This document shows, in pieces, positions 24,152 to 33,890 of a stretch of DNA of 44,295 nt; the stretch's first letter is position 1, and each line of letters starts with the position of its first letter. The DNA lies in NCBI GenBank assembly GCA_002269645.1, contig NIVC01001672.1:252105-296399 (forward strand), given 5' to 3'. Source of the DNA: Macrostomum lignano. Taxonomy: Eukaryota. Both the position numbers and the translations under genes were made by a program. The notes below the pieces were generated by a model. That model saw nothing but the letters and a program-made list of their open reading frames with translations, did no database searches and was not told the origin of the DNA.

Positions 24152-27100
24152 ATGAGCGCAGCAGCTCAGACGCCGAGCGGCAACGCTGTCGTTGCCGACT
24201 CCTCACGCAGCGACAGGAATCTGCGCCAGTTCGTGGCCAGCTTCCTGGACTACACCACCGCGCACGGACTCGGTCGCTTCGCTCACCAGTCCAGCCTGCT
24301 CGGCAGGATGATCTGGCTGGCCTTCCTGCTCGGCACCTACAGCGGCTTCGTCTACCACCTGTACACCCTGTTCGGCAGGTTCCTCACCGCCCCGGTGCTC
24401 ACCACCATGACAATGTCCACGCTGTCGTACGAGTTCCCGGATGTGTACATCTGTCCCGCACAAGCCGTCACACTGAGCAGGGCCATTGAGCAGATGCCGA
24501 TAGGCCTAATCAACTGGAGAGAGAATGACAGGACAGTCCAGATCGATTTCAAGATACACTTCTATGAGTTCGACTTGGAGTCTGGGAACTACGCTGCGCA
24601 GAACAAGCCGGCGCAAGCTCTGATGAATGTGCTGCAGAGTGCCGAGAGCTCGCTCATGGCCGAGCTGCAGTTCCCCAAGAGCAGTGAGTTCCTAATATAT
24701 CTGCATCTACAAGTTCATCTTTCTCAGTATTTTATGAGTAGTTCAGTGATTCCCACTGTGCAACGAACTTCTCAGGCAGAGTGGAGTGCAGGACCACGCT
24801 CTCCGGTGAGGATTACTCGGGCAACGCCAGTGTTGCGGTTGTCTACGATCGGACGAAGATGCGAGTCACGGCTTCGAACATTTCTGGCGTGCTGCCGCCA
24901 TTCAGGACGTACAGGCAGTGCATGCAATGGAACGATGCGGCTCAGAGGCTGAGAAGTGTGAACACCAGTTTAACACACAGCCTCGCTGACCGACTGCTGG
25001 CGTTGAACTTCTCCGACAGCGAGTCTCGCTGTCGCTCCCCGCCAGGGCTCCCGCTGTCCGATTTTTTCCCCATCGCGAATCGTGAGTCAAGAGATTGTTT
25101 TGCAAGCTTTATTCGGCTTTATTCGACATTCCAACCGAACCTGGAATTACAGGCCCCACGCTGCGGCTTGTTGGTTGCTTTGAGGCGAACTTCACCGACC
25201 ATGAATTCAACTACACCTGCGACACGGAAGGCATTGTGACTCACGAGACCTGCGCTCACTGTTGCGCTTCGCTCGACTTCAGCCACATCGCGCTGCAAGT
25301 TGACAGCTGCCTGTGCGGAGCGAGTTCCCCAAGCTCCGGCAATGACAGCGGCGTCTGCAGCAGTCGCTGCGCCAGCAACGATCAGCAGCACTGCGGGTCA
25401 GCAACCGCCATCACGGTGCTGCAGCTCGGAGACACAGGTGAGTCTCTTGAATTCTTGTCAGCAGAAGCCTCTATAACTCTAGCCGAGGCTCAATCCGCTT
25501 GCAGAGCCGAGGCCGCTGCAGGTGGGAAACTTCAGCAACCTCACAGTCTTCTCGCACGGGCCCTACTGCTTCTTCACTGATGAGCGAGACAGGCTGGGCG
25601 CTGCGTTCTGCGATGTGCCCTTCTGCCGTGAGTGAGTTTGCCATACCGAGGATTATCTCCTCGGTTACACCGCACGAATGCTACACTTTTTCAGCGATGT
25701 CAGGTGCTTACGACTGCATCGTGAGCTCTGAGAACAAGACCCTTGAGCGGCTGACACGGGCCCGGTACACCGGTAGGAAAAACTACACAATCACCGGGAA
25801 GCCGTGCGTGCCGTGGAGTAAGCTGGAGAAGATACAAGAGGATACGTACATAAGAATGGGTAACTATGCGACCGCTGCATGCACAGAATGCGATAAAATG
25901 CCCGAGTTCGAATTCATATCCATGACTTGCAAACGCCGACTACTCATAGGTTACCACAAGCAGTTCGGATTTCACGTTCAGACTCCGGACTTCAATCCCA
26001 ACAGCAGCGACAATTTCTGCCGATCGGCGCAGATCGTTATCGACCACGGCTCGTACTTTAGTACGCACGAGGCTTAGTAAGAAAATCTTCCTATCGAATT
26101 CTTTCTTTGACTTCTGCTGCATAAAACTTTAAATATGTTTAACTCAGCCTCTGCTTCAATTTATAAAAACATAACTTCAGTCGCTTCGCACAAGAAATGT
26201 CTGATGTGCCGGGCTGCATCCCGGACATCATGGGCTGGGGCGGTCTCTTTGATGCTGACTTTGAGCCCTGCGAGATCCCGCTGTGTTGTAAGTCGCTTTT
26301 TCAGGGCCTTTAGAGCCCTTTGTTGAACAACCGATTGATAGGAAGTTCTCATTCAAAATATCTTTCCTGATCCCGCATTCACATAACATTTAACAGATGC
26401 CGCGGTCCCCAGCGTGACGGGCGCCGTCAGAGACTCAGTCGGCAGCCACCTGCTGGCCCGACAGTTCGGCAGCGACCTCAACGCCGGCCTCGCCGACTGC
26501 AGCTTCGCTGGCCAGAAGTGCACCAAGGACGACTTTGTGAACGTCGCCCACCCGCAGCTGGGCATGTGCCACAAGTTTCTCAAGCAGCGCTTCACCGCCA
26601 ACATGACCAGCACGCAGTTGGCGGAGAGCCAGCTGTCCATCAAGTACTTCACGGACTCGACAGACTCCAAGGGTCAGACGGTGTCCAACATCGACAAGCT
26701 GACGCGGGTAGTGCGAGACAGCCGCGGCTCCGATGCGACTCAGGTCGCATTCAAGGTGAGTCTTCGTCGGTCGCTGAGCGTCTCAATGTCTCACGCAATC
26801 TCTGAGCCTGGCTGCTCAACCGCGAACCCGCAGGCGGTCATCGTTCCGGATAGCTCGTTCCCGTGGGCCTCGAAGGGAATCGATGTGGCCACCGCTCAGC
26901 GCATGGATGTGCAGCTGAGGTTCGACAAGTACTCCAGACTGTCAACTACGTCAAGGCCCTGCCTTGAGACTACGGAGCCGATCACCTACCGACTGCCGTC
27001 ATGGAAGTCGGCTCCATTTAATGAGAACCCGGAGTGAGTCTTCATGCAGAAATATTTTATCGCCGTGAAGACTGCGCACTGACTGATCAATGATTCCCTT

Positions 27101-28278
27101 TACAGCTACAGTTTCGACTTAAATGCGGTTGCCATGGTGACTGATTGGTGGCTGAAAGTTGCCGCAATGGAAGTGCAGCTTCGAAAGCAGAAGCAAGGTG
27201 CATTGAGGTATGGACCATAGGCTTTAGCTTGTGCGAGTGTGACTGCCAGGTTTGCAAAAGTTCCACGCATTTCCCAAATTTGCAGTTCGCTGTCGGAATT
27301 CGACTCAGAATTCAAGCTGACTGACCGAGACGACTGCATCAACAGACACGTTGTGAAGAAGTTCATCGCGGAATGCCACTGCCTGCCGTCGTTCCTGCCG
27401 ATTCCGGTGGAGTACTTTTCGAATTACACCTACTGTTTTGATTTTCAAGCCGCTGGAAACGTGTCCATAGAAACGGACATGTGCTACAGAGAGCAGAAGT
27501 CGAAGGTGCTGGAGTACCAGTTTGCTGCAGTCCGGCTGTGCCAGTCTCCCTGCCGTACAGCCGAGTACAGCGTCCGCCACATCACCTATCCGTGGCCGAA
27601 CCTGAACGGTCTGCAGTCGTTCTCGTTTCTGAAAACCCTGGCCACCGCGTTTGGATACGGCAGCAACCCCAGCGGCCTGAGGGGCCTGAACAGCATCTAC
27701 AGCATCTACCTGAGATCCCTGAGGGATTCGGCCATTCCTGTCAGCAATCGGAGCGCGACAGAAATCCTGAGCTTTCAAAACGAGCTGACGGTGCTGCAGA
27801 ACCGACTGGCTCAGCTGACGGTTCAGGCCTGGACGTCATTCGGCCAGGAGATCTTGGAGGAGGAGGCCTACCCGGCCAAGAACCTCGTGGCCGACATTGG
27901 AGGTGACAATGAGCAGGTTCTGTACTCAGTGACCCTGGATCCCAAGTCTCTCAGGAATTTCAGCTTTCGCATCTCATGCCTAAAATTGCAGGTGCCTTGG
28001 GTCTTTGGTCGGGAATTTCCATTCTGACAGTTTGCGAGCTGCTCGAGCTGTTTATCTACATCGGCCTGGCCATCGGCTACAAATTCCACAGAGTCGCTGC
28101 GCCCCGCAACCGGAACAACGGCGGCCCTGGCGCCAACAACAACTTCAACAACAATTGCACCAATACCGGCAGTGTCCCAACCGTGGCCTCATCTGTTGCT
28201 GGGTGCTCGGAGATGATACAGTCGGCTGTGAGTCAGGACTCTGTCCAGGTTGAGTTGGAGTCCAATTCCAGAATGTAA
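24152..28278 (+). CDS. DEG/ENaC/ASIC-family (amiloride-sensitive type) channel subunit with kringle-WSC-kringle insert, 1069 aa
   Basis: Exons 24152-24683, 24776-25081, 25153-25437, 25505-25627, 25695-25859, 25950-26076, 26181-26287, 26397-26755, 26834-27033, 27106-27207, 27286-27902 and 27992-28278 total 3210 nt with no internal stop. Family motifs: TTAHG, TM1 (IWLAFLLGTYSGFVYHLY), FPDVYICP, CSFAGQKC..DF...GMCHKF, Cys-rich thumb (C...CHCLP...YC...C...CQSPC) and EEEAYP..NLVADIGGALGLWSGISILTVCELLE (TM2 with GxS filter). Confidence 0.93.
24776..25627 (+). other. Kringle-like domain 1 of the channel, interrupted by the WSC exon
   Basis: The N-half in exon 2 has ECRTTLSGEDYSGNAS...RQCMQWN...SRCRSPPG. 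The C-half in exon 4 has GPYCFFTD...AFCDVPFC. Together these give the six kringle Cys with the C-x-x-W, CRxP, PxC and CxVPxC landmarks. Confidence 0.75.
25153..25437 (+). other. WSC domain encoded by a single phase 1-1 exon
   Basis: LVGCFE...THETCAHCCASLDFSHIALQVDSCLCG...VCSSRCASNDQQHCGSATAITV matches the WSC pattern GC...T.E.C...C......L....C.CG...C...C......CG....V. Confidence 0.82.
25695..26287 (+). other. Kringle-like domain 2 of the channel
   Basis: YDCIV...RYTGRKNYTITGKPCVPWSKL...DNFCRS...VPGCIP...PCEIPLC fits the kringle consensus YRG..xTxSGxxCxxW / NYCRNP / PWC / CxIPxC, with expanded loops. Confidence 0.8.
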
Positions 28279-28836
28279 CGAGAAGTCGTGAATGTGGTTT
28301 GAGAATTGATGCCGGAAACTAGAAGTACAGGTGCCTGGTAATTTGTAAGGTCTCCGTAACCAGCCGATGAATATCTATTGACATCTGTTGGCCTTGCTGT
28401 GCTTGGAATTCCTATCTACTAAAGATTTATATAAGCAAAGTTTAAAGAATACAAGTATGTTTCACTCGCTTCATTTTAAATCTTTAATGACAAACCTAAC
28501 GATGTACGAGTATGTTTGGTAAGACATTTTGATGTTAGTTCTCTTCATCTGTTTGTCAGATCAGAAATAGTTTTCACAGAAACCTTTTTCCTTTGCTTAC
28601 TTGTTTTTTTCTTTTTTCCTTTCCTCTTACAAAACTTGACCTTTAAATTCTTATCGTCACTCCTGAATAAATTCGTTTTATTTAGACGTGCCTGTAGAGA
28701 CTTTTCGATCGATGGCTGCACTTTCTCGGCATCTAACTCGGAGAAGCGTCGAACTTTTTAACCCTGAAAAAGTTACTGAAACTTAATCGTGAATACCAAG
28801 ACAGACTTTATTACGCAATAAAACAGCTGCTAGTTG

Positions 28837-28883
28837 ACAGACAGACAGACAGACAGACAGACGCTAAGACAGACAGACGCCAT

Positions 28884-28930
<47 letters not shown>

Positions 28931-28951
28931 GCTAAGACAGACAGACGCCAT

Positions 28952-29002
<51 letters not shown>

Positions 29003-29022
29003 TGACTGACAGACAGACAGAC
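28837..29022. repeat. (GACA)n microsatellite
   Basis: Read directly. Confidence 0.97.
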
Positions 29023-29367
29023 AGATTTCGAGCGTATTTGATTTATCATTCATTCAGTCTGAAACAGCCAGACCAGATCATTTGCGCCAATGGCTCGTGG
29101 CGAGGGAGAAAGACCAGACCGCCAAGACGATTGCCTTCGATGGCGTGTCCCCCTTTAGTGACACCAAACCCGAGCGTGATGTACCGCTGTCCTGTCGTTG
29201 TCTGCACCCCGGTCATGCTGTACTCCAACTGGAGCTTTGGCACCTTCGAGAGCGCCAAAATCATAAACGAGGATGAAGATATGCATTAGTGGCGGAGCCC
29301 ATTAAATGGAGTTCGATGTCAATCCGGAGCTTCCATATAGCAGCGCCGCTGCAATAGCAGTCGCGTG

Positions 29368-29643
29368 ACGTCACTGCTGAGGGAACGTCACTGCTGAGGG
29401 AACGTCACTGCTGAGGGAACGTCACTGCTGAGGGAACGTCACTGCTGAGGGAACGTCACTGCTGAGGGAATGTCACTGCTGAGGGAACGTCAGTGCTGAG
29501 GGAACGTCACTGCTGAGGGAATGTCACTGCTGAGGGAACGTCAGTGCTGAGGGAACGTCACTGCTGAGGGAACGTCACTGCTGAGGGAACGTCACTGCTG
29601 AGGGAACGTCACTGTTGAGGGAACGTCACTGCTGAGGGAACGT
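29368..29643. repeat. 17-bp minisatellite (aacgtcactgctgaggg)
   Basis: About 16 units. Confidence 0.96.
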
Positions 29644-29649
29644 CTGGAG

Positions 29650-30160
29650 AAGCTGGAGAATGGCGCGCTCTCGATCCGTCAGCGACCAACGTCAGGTTCC
29701 ACACACCTTCAGAAAGCAGGAGGCTAAGAAGCTGGAGTAAATGCATCGGCAGAGCAAGCTGACGGTGAAGCTTGACGCTCGATCACTGCCCGCATTGGCA
29801 TTAGGCTCCTTGGTTGGCTGCTCTCAGACCAAGGTCGCCTCGGAGGATCAGCCTGAGGATCCGATTAGGATTCTTTGAGCACCACATCGAGTCACGTCAC
29901 TATCCGAGAACGAGCTTCTTTCTCTGCTTACCGGAGCGTCACGTGCCGGAGCCATCGAGTCTCGCACCGGCTGCGAAGAAGACTGAGACAATCAGGCGGA
30001 GCATCCGTGCCCAACTTCTGTTTTTCTAGGCATGTTTTCAAAGTGGGTGAAAACTGCGGCCCTGAGTCAGATCGACATTGGGTTTTTGGCATTCTGCTCG
30101 GAGAATCAGAGCGGCAGGGATGCCCCCGAGTTCACGAGAGAGCTCAGTCTTAATGCCCTG
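29650..30160 (+). mobile_element. Possible heavily decayed Tc1/mariner transposase relic
   Basis: Remnants RVSHRLRRRLRQSG and HWVFGILLGESE..GCPRV loosely resemble Tc1 VS..TVRRRL..GL and W..V.FSDESRF..GR.RV. No TIRs were seen. Confidence 0.3.
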
Positions 30161-30500
30161 TTGCTCAGACTTCCCCATGCACTAAGCTGCCACACCAGGG
30201 AGTCAACAGCATCATTAATTTAATCAAAATTTAATCAAAATCACCTGCCACCTGCTTCGTCCACAGCGGCTGTCACGGCCTTGCAATAAAAAAATTTGAT
30301 TAGTCTAATTGGACTTCTCACTTTTAATCCTTCAAATCCATTTCAATTTGCAGATAGGTAATTTTCAGTTTTCAGCACCATATTGAAGGCAACAAGCGCT
30401 TGGTTCAGGGCGGTTTCACAAGTTTGTCTGCTTACGAGGCTGCATGGCAAACAATCGAAGTTAAAGCTCTACTCGTTTACAGGGTCTGGCAGACAGCGGG

Positions 30501-30565
30501 TAGGGTTAGGGTTAGGGTTAGGGTTAGGGTTAGGGTTAGGGTTAGGGTTAGGGTTAGGGTTAGGG
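30501..30565 (+). repeat. Interstitial telomere-type tract (TTAGGG)10
   Basis: Ten perfect TTAGGG units at 30506-30565 plus a partial unit. Confidence 0.97.
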
Positions 30566-30819
30566 GTGGCGGCGCGTTGACAATGGCGGCAGCTCGATCC
30601 TGCACTCGTCTGCAAAGTTGCCTACCAGGTTTAGCGAAATGCGCTGCTAATTTTGCCCGTCGGAGCGTTATATTGAATAGCACCAGTTAGTTGAGTGGGA
30701 AATTATGGTAGTACGCACTTGCGTACAGTGTAGTGGCAGCTTCCGTGGTTCCCTAAAGGATGGTATACAGAGCTTTGTGCAATCTGGTGGAAGCAAAGGC
30801 AACCTTAAAATCAATACCC

Positions 30820-30967
30820 GCTGTGTTCGGCTGTGGAGGCTGGCACAGCCGGACCCCAGCAAACTGGTACTCCAGCACCACCTTCGACTGTTGCTCTCTG
30901 CAGCACATGCATGTCCGTTTCCATGGACACGTTTCCAGCGGCTTGAGAATCAAAACAGTGAAGGTGT
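30820..30967 (-). pseudogene. Decayed inverted copy of part of channel exon 11 (source ~27426-27570)
   Basis: The reverse complement reads ...actgttttgattctcaagccgctggaaacgtgtccatggaaacggacat...gtcgaaggtggtgctggagtaccagtttgctggggtccggctgtgccag. It aligns directly to 27426-27570 with small duplications (catg, ggt) that shift the frame. Confidence 0.85.
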
Positions 30968-31026
30968 CAATGAACCATTCATAAAATACATGGACTGCTC
31001 AAGTAGAAGGGCAAGAAACTAAAATT

Positions 31027-31260
31027 CTTGGAAAATGTTAGGAGGCAGGTCATTAAGCTAAGAATGATATGCTATTAAAATAGATTCATAAAGCCAATGA
31101 GTCTAGTTGTTCCATTTTTATGATTATTAGGCATAGGGCATGTACGATTGTAAATGTACGTAGGATATGCAATTAGCATAGAATCCTAATTTTATACACG
31201 AAATCTATAGCTATAAGAAAGGCGAGACATATCAAAAGATGAACATTGGTCTTCCTTCTA
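31027..31260 (+). mobile_element. Internally deleted copy of the 38326-38838 element
   Basis: Starts with cttggaaaatgttaggaggcag (left-end match), then attaagctaagaatga..aatagattcataaa..caattagcata..tcctaatttt..tataagaaaggc..atatcaaaagatgaacat, matching 38588-38730. Confidence 0.6.
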
Positions 31261-31282
31261 TTAATTGGGTTGGGTTGGGTAT

Positions 31283-31500
31283 GGGTTGTAGCCTAGTGGT
31301 CAGAGCGTCGGACTCACGACTTGAAGGTCGGGGGTTCGATTCTCAACCCACTCGGAACAATTTTGTGTCCTTGAGCAAGACACTCAACTATGCATTGATT
31401 CAGTTCACCCAGCTGTAAAATGGGCACCAGCATTAGCTGGGGTAATTGAGGCTGTGTGTGGCGACCCAGTCCTTGGACTGAACAGCCGTACGCAGCCTTC
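31283..31500 (+). mobile_element. tRNA-derived SINE with CORE-like central domain (3' end uncertain)
   Basis: A box TAGCCTAGTGG (31289-31299) and B box GGTTCGATTCT (31333-31343). These are followed by gtgtccttgagcaagacactcaac...ttcacccagctgtaaaatggg, which resembles the MIR/CORE consensus GTGACCTTGGGCAAGTCACTTAAC...CTGTAAAATGGG. Confidence 0.75.
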
Positions 31501-31647
31501 AGATGCGCCGCTCAATAGCTGCGGCTGAGCTGTCGGTTGCACATCTGGCCAAACTGGGGCAAGGTGTAATCAACTATTGCTTGCTCCCTGTCACTGCGTG
31601 GAGGAGCCAGCAGCAAAATGTCTCCTCTGGCCTGGCGACGCGAAAAA

Positions 31648-32605
31648 ACATGGTAGACATGTTAGACATGGTAGACATGTTAGACATGGTAGACATGGTG
31701 GACATGGTAGACATGTTAGACATGGTAGACATGTTAGACATGGTAGACATGTTAGAACATGGTACACATGTTAGACATGGTAGACATGTTAGACATGGTA
31801 GACATGTTAGACATGGTAGACATGGCAGACATGGTACACATGTTAGACATGGTAGACATGTTAGACATGGTAGACATGGCAGACATGGTACACATGTTAG
31901 ACATGGTAGACATGTTAGACATGGTAGACATGGTAGACATGGTAGACATGTTAGATATGGTAGACATGGTACACATGTTAGACATGGTAGACATGTTAGA
32001 CATGGTAGACATGTTAGACATGGTAGACATGTTAGACATGGTAGACATGTTAGACATGGTAGACATGTTAGACATGGTAGACATGTTAGACATGGTAGAC
32101 ATGTTAGACATGGTAGACATGTTAGACATGGTAGACATGGTAGACATGGTAGACATGTTAGACATGGTAGACATGGTAGACATGGTAGATATGGTAGACA
32201 TGGTAGACATGGTAGACATGGTAGACATGTTAGACATGGTAGATATGGTAGACATGGTAGACATGTTAGACATGGTAGACATGGCAGACATGGTACACAT
32301 GTTAGACATGGTAGACATGTTAGACATGGTAGACATGGTAGACATGGTAGACATGTTAGATATGGTAGACATGGTACACATGTTAGACATGGTAGACATG
32401 TTAGACATGGTAGACATGTTAGACATGGTAGACATGTTAGACATGGTAGACATGTTAGACATGGTAGACATGTTAGACATGGTAGACATGGTAGACATGG
32501 TAGACATGTTAGACATTTTAGACATGGTAGACATGTTAGACATGGTAGACATTTTTGACATGTTAGACATGGTAGACATTTTTGACATGTTAGACATGGT
32601 AGACA
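31648..32605. repeat. 9-bp minisatellite (tagacatg[g/t])
   Basis: About 105 units; produces the spurious MVDMLD, RHVRHG and MSTMSN ORFs. Confidence 0.97.
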
Positions 32606-33554
32606 TTACAAGCGCGCCAACACTGTACGCAGGCACGCACTCATACACGCTCACACAGGGTGTACAGCGGCTCTGGCTTTCTAATCGTCAGGCTTGTAGT
32701 CTCTGCGCCTTGGTGGTTGGTCCTCATGCGATTGAATCGCACAGAAATCCCCGACAGCCGAATGAATGCCATGGGTCGCAGAGTGAGAGCCGGATGCTCA
32801 ACTCCTCAGCCGATGCTTGATGTGGTTATGATTAACGCGTTAGGACAGCTGGCTACTTAAACAGCATTACGTACTACTATAAAGAGTAGCAACCTGGCAT
32901 GTCGCTCTACTTCTACTAGCATAGTGGTCCTCGTTACCCCAGCATGTTTAAAGCTGCTGATTGCAAACTAGCTCGTAGAACTGTAGTGTGCTCTGCATAT
33001 GAGAAGTACTTTTCCGCACTCGAGCACTTTGGAAGGAAATTTTTTCGAGTCTGCACGATTCATCATCGTCTATTGGGACAGTTGCTGGCGCCAATTATTG
33101 GGCTTAAAAATCGAGCGAAATCGAAACCGCGCGCATTTTGCATAATTTTATAGGCATGCTGTGCGGCTTACTGATTGCTGACGGACACCCGCGAATCCAG
33201 CGAGGAGGCCAGGATCACGCCTCGCTTGTGCACAGAGCATTTGAGACAAGCCCCCGGCACATTTTCGGAATCAAACCCAGGTACTTTGGTGGATGTGTCG
33301 GACTTCATCAGAATCTGATTTTGAATTCTGATTTAAGTTACTTATACTGCCCCCGCCGCGTGCGCAGGCAGCGATGCCATCCAATGTGAAGCCCTGGGAG
33401 ACTGGGAATCCAAGAGGACAGAGCACATCGAACCCATTGAGCAGAGCTGCATGCTCACTGGAAAGCCGGATGTACTTTTTGTTGGTGCTGGTCTGGCCAT
33501 CTGTATGAGCTGCTGCCCAGCCCAGACAGAGACGCGAAAGTCAGCAGCGGGACT

Positions 33555-33890
33555 GATGTCGCTTTTGTTGTATTTTAGTTCTCGGACCTCCTGTAGTTAC
33601 AGTGATGTCGCTTTTGTTGCATTTTAGTTCTCTGACCTCCTGTAGTTACAGTGATGTCGTTTTTGTTGCATTTTAGCTCTCTGACCTCCTGTAGTTACAG
33701 TGATGTCGTTTTTGTTGCATTTTAGTTCTCTGACCTCCTGTAGTTACAGTGATGTCGCTTTTGTTGCATTTTAGTTCTCTGACCTCCTGTAGGTACAGTG
33801 ATGTCGTTTTTGTTGCATTTTAGCTCTCTGACCTCCTGTAGGTACAGTGATGTCGCTTTTGTTGCATTTTAGTTCTCTGACCTCCTGTGG
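33555..33890. repeat. 49-bp minisatellite (gatgtcgcttttgttgcattttagttctctgacctcctgtagttacagt)
   Basis: About 7 units. Confidence 0.95.

Noticed and set aside
29038-29289. Short GC-richer ORFs downstream of the channel gene
   Set aside because: No recognisable motif and no convincing splice-linked partner exons.
30501-30565. Chromosome end
   Set aside because: Only 10 units, with ordinary sequence on both sides.
31283-31350. Possible tRNA gene (CAC loop)
   Set aside because: The acceptor stem is not convincingly paired and it runs straight into a CORE-like SINE body. The same applies to the tRNA-like head at ~37480-37547.
31503-32820. 300-353 aa ORFs (RHVRHG, MVDMLD, MSTMSN repeats)
   Set aside because: A 9-bp repeat is stop-free in some frames by construction; there is no coding context.
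10850-33890. CRISPR-like appearance of the 45-, 44- and 49-bp arrays (10850, 23105, 33555)
   Set aside because: Units are head-to-tail with no unique spacers, there are no cas genes, and the context is eukaryotic.
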